This document shows positions 54,111-64,000 of a stretch of DNA of 64,000 nt, one piece after another. The number at the start of each line of letters is the position of its first letter. The stretch's first letter is position 1. The notes under the pieces are model-generated. The model worked only from the letters and a program-made list of their open reading frames with translations. It did not search any database and had not been told where the DNA came from. A program made the translations under genes and the position numbers. Source of the DNA: a virus (Duplodnaviria > Heunggongvirae > Uroviricota > Caudoviricetes); the IMG/VR virus record IMGVR_UViG_2690316325_000010, positions 12,805 through 76,804 of that record, one strand, 5' to 3'.

Positions 54111-54779
54111 GTGGCTTTTCTTTTTTGTAGGGGCGCTATGGATAAGAAAATATGCGTTGTTTCGATGAGCGTCGGCAAACCGGCGTCAATGACTGCTGCA
54201 TGGATCAACAACGAGCTGATAATGGCTGAGCGGACCAGCTACCCTGAACGCCGCCGCGATATGGAACTCCAGCTGCTGCGCGAATTGCGAGAAAAAGAGG
54301 AAAAGGGTTTTATCGTGCTGGTGGAAGAGGAAAACAGCTTTATTACTGGTCGAGTTGGCCAGCGTGTAAGGTTGCGCGATCCCTTCATGAACGGCAGGCC
54401 GGTACTAATTGAGGCAATGCAGATTTATAAGGAGCTGGAACGCCAGAAAGCAATCAAGTTACCGCGCAAGGAATCCGGCAAATACATCCTCCACCAAAGC
54501 ATCTTCGATTCCGAACACGATAAAAAAGGCGATGAATTTTTCAACATCAACTGGAGCGAAATAACGACAGAGCATGTTCTGACGTTACTATGTTGCTTTG
54601 CGACGGAATACAACAACGTTGCCAGCGCCGACTACATCAGGGCAATGGCTTGTGAAGTGGATAGTCGTGATGACTCATCGCTGATAGCGTCATATATAAA
54701 CATCATCAAGAAAACTCAAATTATGGGATGCGCTAGAGTTCCTCAAGGAATACTCACCGGAAAGAATAATATTCTATAA
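54111..54779 (+). CDS. mat: particle maturation protein
   Basis: 222-aa ORF after ref, position of P1 mat (recalled). Confidence 0.6.
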   Translation: MAFLFCRGAMDKKICVVSMSVGKPASMTAAWINNELIMAERTSYPERRRDMELQLLRELREKEEKGFIVLVEEENSFITGRVGQRVRLRDPFMNGRPVLIEAMQIYKELERQKAIKLPRKESGKYILHQSIFDSEHDKKGDEFFNINWSEITTEHVLTLLCCFATEYNNVASADYIRAMACEVDSRDDSSLIASYINIIKKTQIMGCARVPQGILTGKNNIL

Positions 54780-54822
54780 CCTACGAAGGTTATTTGTTAC
54801 TTTCTGCGTAAACCCACAACTC

Positions 54823-54844
54823 ACCTTCCTAAGTTAAGGAAGGT
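54823..54844. terminator. hairpin between mat and the cargo gene (bidirectional terminator candidate)
   Basis: ACCTTCCT-aagtta-AGGAAGGT perfect 8-bp stem followed by ATTTAT. Confidence 0.5.
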
Positions 54845-54876
54845 ATTTATCATGAAGTTTAGACATAAGCGTATTA

Positions 54877-55917
54877 TTACATGGGATTAACCACAACCTT
54901 TCCATATATATCAAGTTTTGATTGTAATACGTTGAGGTGAGACAATTCTTTATTCGAACTAACTTTATCTAAAATTATATTTTTATCTTTTTCAGTCATG
55001 TTATACCCTAAGGTAATTTGCTTGAATGCAGAAAAAGGAATTTTCTTTAAGTTAATTTCATGATAGTCATGAAAAACATCAGGATACTCATTTAATAGGC
55101 AATCATCAATCGATGGAGAGACAATGCTTCCTATTTTTCTCTCGCAATCAGCCAATGGAAAAATAATTCTACTTTCATTTTCAGGAAGCCACTCTTCACC
55201 TTTTGTATAAAGAAGCCTATTAATAAAAAGCTCGCGAACTGAATCTCGATTTAAGATCCCATGCAATGTATTATCTTTATTCTTTATATCTATATTCCTC
55301 GATGGCGCAGGATAGCCATTAAATCGCACAGCGCCTTTATAATAGGTTACAGATGCTCTATCTTCTGGATTATAACTAACATCACACGGCCGATATATTT
55401 TGAAAAAATCGTGTGTTTCATCGAAAACTACAGCAAACCCCTTTCCTATCGATGCATAATGAGTCCACATGTGTAGATTGCAATCACTTTTTGATAGAGA
55501 GAACACACCAAGATGACAGCTTACGGCTTCTACTAAATAATCGTTAAGGTACGTTACTATTTCTTGGAGTTTAGATTCATCATATGAATCCATTGAGGTA
55601 AAACCTTCATTGATTAACAAGTGTGGAAAATCCTCTCCGTATCGTTTCCCGCAAGGTTTTAAATAATACTCTAACTCTTGTATAGATGGGACATAAGATG
55701 GATCTCGTTGCATTTTCTTAAATTCATTTCTAGCCCATGCGTAATCGGCTGGTGAAAATTTATTAAAAAATGGAAGAAGTCGCGACTCACTCGACGGATC
55801 ATTAAGATACTTTGGTTGCGTTGCTCTAAAGAAACCATCCTCCAGACAAGATGTTCTAATGTGCATGCCCGGCCAAGGTTTATCCATATAACTCTCGCCT
55901 ATATATTTAACTAACAC
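54877..55917 (-). CDS. AT-rich cargo gene at the res/mod position: candidate defence/abortive-infection protein of unknown function (possibly DUF2971-like)
   Basis: 346-aa ORF (GTG track start; in-frame ATG 30 nt in), visibly AT-rich with AAA/AAT/ATA-rich codons. No helicase or MTase motifs. Central LHMWTHYASIGKGFAVVFD recalls DUF2971-type proteins (unverified). Confidence 0.6.
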   Translation of the reverse strand: MLVKYIGESYMDKPWPGMHIRTSCLEDGFFRATQPKYLNDPSSESRLLPFFNKFSPADYAWARNEFKKMQRDPSYVPSIQELEYYLKPCGKRYGEDFPHLLINEGFTSMDSYDESKLQEIVTYLNDYLVEAVSCHLGVFSLSKSDCNLHMWTHYASIGKGFAVVFDETHDFFKIYRPCDVSYNPEDRASVTYYKGAVRFNGYPAPSRNIDIKNKDNTLHGILNRDSVRELFINRLLYTKGEEWLPENESRIIFPLADCERKIGSIVSPSIDDCLLNEYPDVFHDYHEINLKKIPFSAFKQITLGYNMTEKDKNIILDKVSSNKELSHLNVLQSKLDIYGKVVVNPM

Positions 55918-55938
55918 TGTATATCGATCCTGTTGTTT

Positions 55939-55959
55939 AAGCCCATATCATATGGGCTT
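55939..55959. other. perfect palindrome between the cargo gene and lxc
   Basis: AAGCCCATAT-c-ATATGGGCTT, 10-bp arms; about 20 bp upstream of the cargo start and 10 bp past the lxc stop. Confidence 0.5.
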
Positions 55960-55969
55960 TAAATGATTA

Positions 55970-56218
55970 TTAATCAGCATTCAGAAGCAATGCGTTATCT
56001 ATGATGATCTGCTCCCATTCTTCGAATGCCCGATCGCGGACACCTTGGGGAACACTGTTAGTTTTGAAATCGACGACCGTCCGCCATTTCCCGTCCGGGC
56101 GGTACATGCGCAGAGCTTTACTTCCCCCTTCCCTGCGCACCTCAACGTTGTGCTTGTCAGCAAACTCTTGTAATGCTCGTAGCGTCCCATGCTTTACTGT
56201 GTAGTATCGCTTTTTCAA
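55970..56218 (-). CDS. lxc: small basic protein, LexA-regulated-function coregulator candidate
   Basis: 82-aa ORF downstream of ulx and darB on the same strand, the position and size I recall for P1 lxc. Confidence 0.55.
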   Translation of the reverse strand: MKKRYYTVKHGTLRALQEFADKHNVEVRREGGSKALRMYRPDGKWRTVVDFKTNSVPQGVRDRAFEEWEQIIIDNALLLNAD

Positions 56219-56655
56219 GTTTTCTCTCCAGCCTGTGCTAAGGCTTCAACTTCCAAATCGTAAGACTCAAACTCATAGTCCTGGTCGTCAACCTCTTCAG
56301 GTACTGGCAGTAAATGCCAGGCTGAGTATATCTGACCATTATCAAAACGCTCCTGGCTGTAGAGCGTCGCAGCTATGAGTGTCAGCGCCGGGCGGTCATA
56401 ACGGTAAATTTTGCGAACGTCACGGTCAACGAGACGACCGAAATTACCATAACCGCGCTCCAGTAATAATTTTTTAATTTCCGGCCAGTATGGGCCATAG
56501 CTGCGGTACAGGCGGGGATTTTTCAGTAATCGCCCGCGTAGCCCTGACAGGAAGAAATCAACGTATTCGTCTTCTGTCTTTCCTAACAACGCTGTACGGA
56601 GTACCGCCTCAAGATATGTTTTATTCGGTTTTATTGTATCAGATAGTGTGGCCAT
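56215..56655 (-). CDS. ulx: hypothetical protein upstream of lxc
   Basis: 146-aa ORF whose stop overlaps the lxc start. Confidence 0.55.
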   Translation of the reverse strand: MATLSDTIKPNKTYLEAVLRTALLGKTEDEYVDFFLSGLRGRLLKNPRLYRSYGPYWPEIKKLLLERGYGNFGRLVDRDVRKIYRYDRPALTLIAATLYSQERFDNGQIYSAWHLLPVPEEVDDQDYEFESYDLEVEALAQAGEKT

Positions 56656-56688
56656 ATTATGCGACGCCCGGCGAACCGGGCGCTCCTG

Positions 56689-59600
56689 TTATGCGTATTG
56701 TTGGATGACGGCCAGAACGTCCGCCACGTTGTGTTTTGTCTCGATAATCCACCAGTTACCCGGGAAATCGCTGTTCTTCGCCTTCGCTGGCAGCCAGCGA
56801 GCGCCGAATTTCGCCTTGATTGCGTCTTTCGCACGGAAAAGAACGCCTTTCATGCCTGAGGCTTCCTGAAGCCCAAATACCTCGCCAGCGGCGAATTTTG
56901 GTGCGTACATCATCTTCAGGTCGGCGGTGGATACGCGATAATTCAGACCAAGAGACTGAGCTATGCTGGTGGCATCACCCTGTATTGATGATAACTCTTC
57001 TTGTTTCTCGTTTCTGGCGGCAATTTCTTCCTCCGTGATGTTGCCAAGGGCCAGGTTTATCCGATCAGCGTCGGCCTGTTTCTCTTCATCGGTGCGCCCG
57101 GCAAGAACCGTGTTAATTCTCTGCAATATCTCCACATGATTCTTGCGCATGCTGAGCAATTCCGGCGTAACCTCGTTAAGATCCACCAGCCCAAGGATGG
57201 CAAGGTCGGAAAACATTGATACCAGGTTGTAGGTCATGCGATAGCTGAGTTGGCCATAGGCTGATGGCAACTGCACCGCATCCATTTGATAGGCATCCAT
57301 AAATTTAGAGCCGTCGTTTACGACATCCGCAATTGCAGGTGTGATTTTCCCTGTGGTGGCGGCCTCCCTGATTGCTGTTACCCATGATTGAGTCAGTGCG
57401 GCGACTGCATGATTCAGATTGGCTTCCCGTTCTGCTGCGATGCGCGCGCTTGCTGAGTCCATTGCCTGCTTGATCTCGGCTTTATTGCTGTAAATGCCAA
57501 TGGTGCCAAACTGTGCTGTGGTGATCTCATAATCTGACGCCCGGAACTCATGGGTACCGAAAATGGCATTGGTGACCTCAAGTTCAGAATCCCCGTTACG
57601 AGTAGCCCCCTGGCTTGTTTTCTCCGGCATTTTTGCGATCGCATCCGCTATTTTCTCCTGAATTGCTTCAGGGGATAGCGTATCTCCGTATGACGCGATT
57701 ACATCGCCATAATTGGAGCCAAACAATTCAACCAGGAATGTTTCTGCCGAACGGATCTGGCGGTTATTCCCTTCCGACATCATACCAAGCACCCATTTTG
57801 CAATTGACGACTTCAGCGCGCCGTCACGGCGATCCGGGTAAACCGCATGCTTCAGTGGGGCCGTATAGGAACCAACAAAATCAATGCTATAGCCTGACTC
57901 TGTAGTCTGAACGCCGTATGAGTCAGTGATTTTGATCATGCCGCGCTGCTGGAAACGGTAGAAATCGTCACAGGAAATGATGTCGTTAATCCCGGCGATG
58001 GAGACGCCACCACTGATTTTCTGCATAACAGCATCTTCATCGGGAGTTACATCAACCTGTTTATCCAGCGTCTTCACATCCCAGTTACCCGATTTGGTGC
58101 CTTTGAAGGTAAAGATGATCTCCACGTCTGCGCGCTGGCTGTCGAAGTCCAGCGACTTAATGCGAACGATATCACCGGCACAATCATAGTATTGGCCTAC
58201 ACGCCATGAGCGATCGCCGATAACAAGGAACTCATTCGCATGGTTAACCAGATCAGGATCAACATCCAGAATGCCTTTATTTATTGCATCCTCCACCAGC
58301 GGGCGCAGGCGTTTGATATCCGTCGCGGCCTTCTGAGTACGGTTCAATAATTTCTCATAGCGGGAGATGGCCTGAGAGATATTAGCCTTGCGCTGAATGG
58401 CGCTTTTCAACGACGCGCGATACTGTGCTAACAACATACGGTCTGTGTGATGGACGCTACCCCAGCGGGCTTTCCAGTCTGCGTTATCAGCTGCTTTGGC
58501 CATTACCGCCTGTTTGAATTTGGCGACGTCGGCGGTGGTCTTTTCAAGTTCCGCTTTGCTTCGCTCCAATTCAGCGGTAAGTACCTCCACATCCTCACCA
58601 GCTGCGTGCTGCGCCTTGATGTAGTTCTGAAGGTCGATAGTAGCCTGTTCTTTCTGGCGAGCGCGTTTCGCAGCTTTCGCCTTATCCATTTGAACCTGCA
58701 TCATTACCAGACGTTCGCCGTCATCCTTCGCGGTATACATCTGCATTTCGATCATGTCATTGGCGTCGGCGTTCTCCATTTCTGACTTATCTGAACGGAG
58801 GATATCGGAGATCCAGCCTGCTTTACGCTTCAGCGTCTTCAGTCGGTATTCATCGAAAGACCCCTTGCCGCAGTAGTAGTGAACGCGAACGCTTGCACGG
58901 TTGGAGCCAACTCGTGCACCGCGACCGTTACGTTGTGCGATACTGGCTGGTGTCCACGGCAACGTCAGGTGGTGGATATCCGTCGTTCCTCGATGCAGGT
59001 TGATACCCACCTCTGCCTTTTTGTTGCAGATGATGATCGGAGTCCGGCCCTCCTGGAAGTCGGCAGCAATCTTTTCCAGCCCACCCAGCGACATTTCATT
59101 TTGCTGCGCGATATAGGCGTCATACAGAGCCATTTGCTCGTTGTATTTCGCTATCTGTGCATCTGTTGGTTCATCCGGTAGCTCTTTCGGCGGTTTAACC
59201 GCTTTCAGTTTCTTACCGGTTTTACCTGCCTCGGCAACCGTCTGAGCATTCAGGATCCCCACCTTTGAAGGTTCAAGGTTAAGAGCATTGCAGATAATGC
59301 GCTTGAGCTTCTGGTGTTGCGTTTTTTCATCGGTGAAGATGATTTGCTTACCTTCCGGGAAAAACTCCTTCAGCGTGGCAATCAGCTTCGCGTATTTGGG
59401 CGTAACGGGGTGAGTTACGGTCTGTTCGTCAATGCCAAACTTGGCCAGGCGCTTATTCACTTCCTGCTCAAATGCTTCCGGTACCTGCAACTGAATAAAC
59501 TCGCCCTTATCTATCAGGGAGTATTGCGATTGCTGCGTGATCGAATCATCACTGTCGTCGTCTTCGCTGGTGGCTTGTTTAGGCAAACTGTCCGCCAGCT

Positions 59601-62600
59601 GCTGCACCGCATCGGCGTACTCCGGCAGGAAACGATAGGTGATCCTGCGATAGTACAGGTCCATGTCAGTACATACGCGGTCCATATCCCTGATTATTGA
59701 GAAGATCGGACGGGCTTTCTCGTGCTCAATCACGCCGTCTTCATTGACCGAGGTCGTTACGCCATTGTTGGCTTTGGCTGCCGCTTCCGCCTGCTGACGC
59801 AATTCTTCATACGCCGCCAGTTGTTCTTCCGTAAGTGGTGCATCCTGCTGGTGTTCGTCCAGTTCCGGGATCTCCACGGTATCCTTAACGTCTTCCGCCG
59901 TTTTAAGCGTTGTCCAGCGATGGAATATGCCGCGCAGCGCATCAAGGTTTTCAAAGCCCACCAGCGCCATTTTTTCTTCAACTTCACCGCTGATTTTCTG
60001 TACCGTTTCCAGCCTGGTCTTGCCGAAGAATTTAACGAAGTCATCAGGACCGTAGATCCCCATCTTCTGCCAGTATTCCTTCGGCAGCACATGAGAAAGC
60101 ATGTTGTATGCATCGATCGGGGTGTTAACGACTGGCGTTGCAGTCAGGAGAACCGGTCCGCGCCCACCATTCTTTTTCATCAGGTACGCGTTTTTAATTG
60201 CCATATCCCGCGCCGATTGCGCCACCGCGCTGGTGGGCAGATAGGCCAGTTGTGACGCTTCGCGACCATTTTTATAGCTATTGCGGTAGTTGTGACCTTC
60301 GTCAGCGATCACACTATCGAAGCCCATATCCTCAAAGTACGGATACTTCTCTGCTTTTTCGGTGCCGGTATCTGAATACTCCGACAATACCCGGCGACGC
60401 GCGGCCTCTTTGCGGTGGGAGTCGGAGTCCATTGCGCTGGCTACGCGCCCGGCGGCAACGAAGTCATAAAGCATATCCTGTGCATGCTCATCTACGGTGT
60501 CATCACGTAGCGGAATGCGGGCGTATTGTTCTTTGGTAAACACGACTGCACGGTAATTTGAGTGCGGGATCGCGTTCATCCGCGCCGTGATAGTGGCTTC
60601 ATCTGCCAGTTTTAGGGCATCGCGCATAACTGGAGTGCCATCAGTACCAAGAACAGGTTTACCGTTCTCATCGAGCACCGGCACCTGGCGAATCTGATCG
60701 CCATCCATCAGCACATCAAGACCGACGAACAGGTAGTTACTGAATGCCTCTTCACTCAGGAATTCTTTTGCTTCGTAATACCAGTTTTCCAGCACTGATT
60801 TAGGCACTACATACGCAGTACGGGTGGAGCGACCGTTCTCATAGTTGAACGCCTCAAGCGCCAGCGCGGTCGTAGTTTTACCCAGCCCGGTGCCGAAGCC
60901 CAGGATGCCGCGCCCATCTTCGGACAGTCGGCGCACTTCGCTATTCTGGTAATCAAATGGCTGGCGCTTACCGCTTAATCCCTTCAACCCAAGCGGATCG
61001 CCAGAGTGTTCATACGGGATATTGCTATTGAACACATCGTTGTATTTGGCAACCAGTTCATCGTAGCGATCGTGCGTCTTGATCCACTTATTGAACTGGT
61101 CCTCAAGCAGTGCCATCTGCTCGCGGTAGCCGTTCGCCGTCGCGCTATCTTTGCCACCGATACGCGCACCATTGAGATACTTTTCCAGCTGTGCCGGGAA
61201 CCCGGTCGCGTTTTCACCTGATTTACGGTCCCACTCGTAGCGGATCTCGCCTGTTTCTTTATCCTTGCGCTGGACGACACCGTATCGGTGCCCGACGAAC
61301 AGGCCATCACCACCGTGATAGGTGTCAGAAACCATTTCGTCGCCTTCCAGCTGCACTGACTGCACATAGCGCAGATCCGGATAGCCGTTTTCCTGCAAAA
61401 ACTCCAGAATGACGGAACGGTCGAACCAACGGCTATTGAGCTTAAACCGGATATTCTCTGCTGGCGTCTTGATGCGCTTCTCTTCGATCGCTGCCAGCTG
61501 ATTAAGGACGTTGTTCTTTACTGGACCGTCGGGGAGCGTGGCGAGGAATTCCTGTTTTGGAGCCACTATCTCGTTAATGTCGCCGCTGGTGGCGCGGGCG
61601 AACGGAACAATCCCGCCATACGGTGAAACCGCAATACCAGGAGTGCTGGCCAATAAATTAAGCAACTCTTCATCACTGGCTGGCAATTCGCCGGTAAACG
61701 CAAGGCGGAAATCATCGAGCTGGATTGGATCGCGGGTAAGATCGCTATAGAGATAACGCAGGGTGTCCTGATAGCTGGTGGAGTCATAACTGGCGCTGGA
61801 ATCATGCGTAACCAGCTTTCCTGTCAGCTCGTCAGAAATAGTGCCATCCAGCTTAATTGCACCACGGAAAGCAAACCAGGCGCGCGCACCGCTTCCCGAT
61901 AATTTAGCTATCGGACCGCGACCAGGGTTACCAAAACGGTCAATCTCTGCCTGCAAACGGGATACCAGAGAAAGGCGCTGCTGTTCGATTTGTTCAGCAC
62001 TATGCCCGGCGGCCTTCATATCCTGATATTCAATTAACATCCGGCCAATCATCGCCCCACGATACAAGCGTTCACGGTATTTTTCAGGCTGGCTGTTAAT
62101 CCAGTCCACCAGCTGCACCATATCGTCGCTGATTGATGTGGTGTACTTATCGCGGACATTTGCCATCTGGGTAAATGTCATACCGAGACGGCCTTCTGTT
62201 GTAGTCAGGTTACGCTGAAGAGCCTCCCAGCTATCCGCGCCATAACTGGCAGCATCAATTTTAAGTTCCTTCCCGGCATCAGCTTCAATCCAGCGACCAC
62301 CAGCATATTTTTGCCATACGCCATTAATCAGGCGCATTTCCCCTTCACCAACAACGTCTGCGGTCAGTGACGGTTCAGCCATATCGAGCAAAGACCAGTC
62401 GATACGGCTTTCGAAACGATGAATCAGCTTCGCTTTAAGAGCCTGGTTATCAATCTGACCGTCGGCACGAACCTCAATACGCCCCTGGAAGCCCTTTTCC
62501 TGGGTGCCATGAACAAACCGGCGGCCATCCTTTTCAAACCACTTGCCAGAAATAAACGTTGGCCAAAGCACATTTGCCGATTCAAGAGTGCTTTCATCCA

Positions 62601-63456
62601 CCAGGGGGATTTTCTCAGCCATCTCTGCCGGATGTTTGCGCATCAGCACCACATCAACGACTGTACTGGTCCCGTTTGCGTCAAAAGTACCGGTAGGCAA
62701 GCGGTGGGCACCAAGAAATTCAGCTTTCCGTGATAGGCGCAGGCGTAACCGCTTCATGTTTGAACCTGAAACAATGGACGGCGGCACAATCACGCACATG
62801 AATCCGCCTGGCTTTATCTTGTCCAGCATGCGGAGCATGAAGTAAGAACCCATGTCCGTTTCTTCTGCGTAAGGCTTATCGATGTTGCGTGTGTTATCAC
62901 GACCGCCGAACGGAACGTTACCCACAACATGGTCGAATGAATCGTTAGGCGTGCTTATAGCCAGCTGTTCGAACGGGGAAATCTGTACGCTGTCTTCCGG
63001 GTGTAACAACTGGTTTATACGACCGGAAACACTGCTGATCTCAGTCGCGGTCATCACCGTACCAACCGGTTTTGTCTCATTAAAAACGCCGGTTCCCGCC
63101 GATGGTTCCAGAGTGTTACCTACGTCCGCGCCGTAGAGCTTCATGATCTCCCAGACACCTTCAGCGATCGGCTTTGGTGTGTAATATTCGGAGACGGACC
63201 CGCCAATGCCGCCTTCACCGGTGTACCCAGCCAGGATCTGGCGCTGTTCATCTGTCAGTGTCGCGCCGTCCACCAGCGAATTAAGCAAATCAATCGCCTT
63301 CTGATTCGCCTCCCGGCGTAGTCGGTCATAGCTTTTGCCTTCCACCTTTTCCACGCCGTATCTAATCGGCGCTCGGTGAGATGTTATTGCCCTAATGTAT
63401 TTCAATATTTCGCTGACACTTGAACAGCGAAACACCCCCATAGATAGCTTGTTCAT
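56689..63456 (-). CDS. darB: DarB defence-against-restriction protein (N6-MTase-like plus SF2 helicase domains)
   Basis: 2255 aa (the P1 DarB length); N-terminal MTase-like NVPFGG motif; helicase Walker A GFGTGLGKTTTA and DEGH box VIADEGHNY. Confidence 0.9.
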   Translation of the reverse strand: MNKLSMGVFRCSSVSEILKYIRAITSHRAPIRYGVEKVEGKSYDRLRREANQKAIDLLNSLVDGATLTDEQRQILAGYTGEGGIGGSVSEYYTPKPIAEGVWEIMKLYGADVGNTLEPSAGTGVFNETKPVGTVMTATEISSVSGRINQLLHPEDSVQISPFEQLAISTPNDSFDHVVGNVPFGGRDNTRNIDKPYAEETDMGSYFMLRMLDKIKPGGFMCVIVPPSIVSGSNMKRLRLRLSRKAEFLGAHRLPTGTFDANGTSTVVDVVLMRKHPAEMAEKIPLVDESTLESANVLWPTFISGKWFEKDGRRFVHGTQEKGFQGRIEVRADGQIDNQALKAKLIHRFESRIDWSLLDMAEPSLTADVVGEGEMRLINGVWQKYAGGRWIEADAGKELKIDAASYGADSWEALQRNLTTTEGRLGMTFTQMANVRDKYTTSISDDMVQLVDWINSQPEKYRERLYRGAMIGRMLIEYQDMKAAGHSAEQIEQQRLSLVSRLQAEIDRFGNPGRGPIAKLSGSGARAWFAFRGAIKLDGTISDELTGKLVTHDSSASYDSTSYQDTLRYLYSDLTRDPIQLDDFRLAFTGELPASDEELLNLLASTPGIAVSPYGGIVPFARATSGDINEIVAPKQEFLATLPDGPVKNNVLNQLAAIEEKRIKTPAENIRFKLNSRWFDRSVILEFLQENGYPDLRYVQSVQLEGDEMVSDTYHGGDGLFVGHRYGVVQRKDKETGEIRYEWDRKSGENATGFPAQLEKYLNGARIGGKDSATANGYREQMALLEDQFNKWIKTHDRYDELVAKYNDVFNSNIPYEHSGDPLGLKGLSGKRQPFDYQNSEVRRLSEDGRGILGFGTGLGKTTTALALEAFNYENGRSTRTAYVVPKSVLENWYYEAKEFLSEEAFSNYLFVGLDVLMDGDQIRQVPVLDENGKPVLGTDGTPVMRDALKLADEATITARMNAIPHSNYRAVVFTKEQYARIPLRDDTVDEHAQDMLYDFVAAGRVASAMDSDSHRKEAARRRVLSEYSDTGTEKAEKYPYFEDMGFDSVIADEGHNYRNSYKNGREASQLAYLPTSAVAQSARDMAIKNAYLMKKNGGRGPVLLTATPVVNTPIDAYNMLSHVLPKEYWQKMGIYGPDDFVKFFGKTRLETVQKISGEVEEKMALVGFENLDALRGIFHRWTTLKTAEDVKDTVEIPELDEHQQDAPLTEEQLAAYEELRQQAEAAAKANNGVTTSVNEDGVIEHEKARPIFSIIRDMDRVCTDMDLYYRRITYRFLPEYADAVQQLADSLPKQATSEDDDSDDSITQQSQYSLIDKGEFIQLQVPEAFEQEVNKRLAKFGIDEQTVTHPVTPKYAKLIATLKEFFPEGKQIIFTDEKTQHQKLKRIICNALNLEPSKVGILNAQTVAEAGKTGKKLKAVKPPKELPDEPTDAQIAKYNEQMALYDAYIAQQNEMSLGGLEKIAADFQEGRTPIIICNKKAEVGINLHRGTTDIHHLTLPWTPASIAQRNGRGARVGSNRASVRVHYYCGKGSFDEYRLKTLKRKAGWISDILRSDKSEMENADANDMIEMQMYTAKDDGERLVMMQVQMDKAKAAKRARQKEQATIDLQNYIKAQHAAGEDVEVLTAELERSKAELEKTTADVAKFKQAVMAKAADNADWKARWGSVHHTDRMLLAQYRASLKSAIQRKANISQAISRYEKLLNRTQKAATDIKRLRPLVEDAINKGILDVDPDLVNHANEFLVIGDRSWRVGQYYDCAGDIVRIKSLDFDSQRADVEIIFTFKGTKSGNWDVKTLDKQVDVTPDEDAVMQKISGGVSIAGINDIISCDDFYRFQQRGMIKITDSYGVQTTESGYSIDFVGSYTAPLKHAVYPDRRDGALKSSIAKWVLGMMSEGNNRQIRSAETFLVELFGSNYGDVIASYGDTLSPEAIQEKIADAIAKMPEKTSQGATRNGDSELEVTNAIFGTHEFRASDYEITTAQFGTIGIYSNKAEIKQAMDSASARIAAEREANLNHAVAALTQSWVTAIREAATTGKITPAIADVVNDGSKFMDAYQMDAVQLPSAYGQLSYRMTYNLVSMFSDLAILGLVDLNEVTPELLSMRKNHVEILQRINTVLAGRTDEEKQADADRINLALGNITEEEIAARNEKQEELSSIQGDATSIAQSLGLNYRVSTADLKMMYAPKFAAGEVFGLQEASGMKGVLFRAKDAIKAKFGARWLPAKAKNSDFPGNWWIIETKHNVADVLAVIQQYA

Positions 63457-63522
63457 TGGTAATCCTTAACAAGTGACTAGTGTTAAATTCCGTTCAAACA
63501 CGATGCGAATTATTCTAATTAA

Positions 63523-64000
<478 letters not shown>

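Noticed and set aside
54877-55917. Idea that the 346-aa gene is a truncated remnant of Res or Mod
   Set aside because: No helicase (Walker A, DEAD/DEGH) or methyltransferase (FxGxG, NPPY/DPPY) motifs, and the composition is foreign (AT-rich) rather than decayed local sequence.
54780-55969. Insertion sequence or transposon as the carrier of the cargo gene
   Set aside because: No transposase ORF and no terminal inverted or direct repeats flank the region; only two unrelated hairpins are present.
56820-62845. Many short ORFs on the + strand inside darB
   Set aside because: Antisense to a long, motif-supported coding sequence; no independent support.

Overview
This 64-kb window reads as about two-thirds of a P1-like temperate phage-plasmid (Escherichia/enterobacterial type), with gene order and many protein lengths matching phage P1 as I recall it; no database search was possible. 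Left to right: immI antirepressor (ant), the kilA-repL lytic replicon, a minus-strand block of virion genes (putative sheath and major head), the plasmid partition and replication cassette (parS, parB, parA, incA iterons, repA, oriR/incC), a small accessory operon, hrdC and the bifunctional Dmt methyltransferase, three tRNAs (Asn, Thr, Ile-CAU) embedded in structured repeats, upl-plp, ban helicase, a baseplate/tail block, a long run of small accessory genes (VRR-NUC nuclease, Ser/Thr phosphatase, HAD phosphatase, ASCH-like, Ea22-like paralogs), hot, LexA-boxed humD, phd-doc, pdcAB, lpa, pacAB with the internal pac site, c1, coi, loxP, cre, cra, ref, mat, then lxc, ulx and the 2255-aa DarB. C1-operator-like 17-mers recur in front of many operons. 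The main deviation from P1 is between mat and lxc: where P1 carries the res/mod type III restriction genes, this element has a single AT-rich 346-aa gene of unknown function bracketed by two hairpins. That is my best candidate for an undescribed defence or abortive-infection cargo gene. Non-ORF coordinates were counted by hand and may be off by 1-2 nt.
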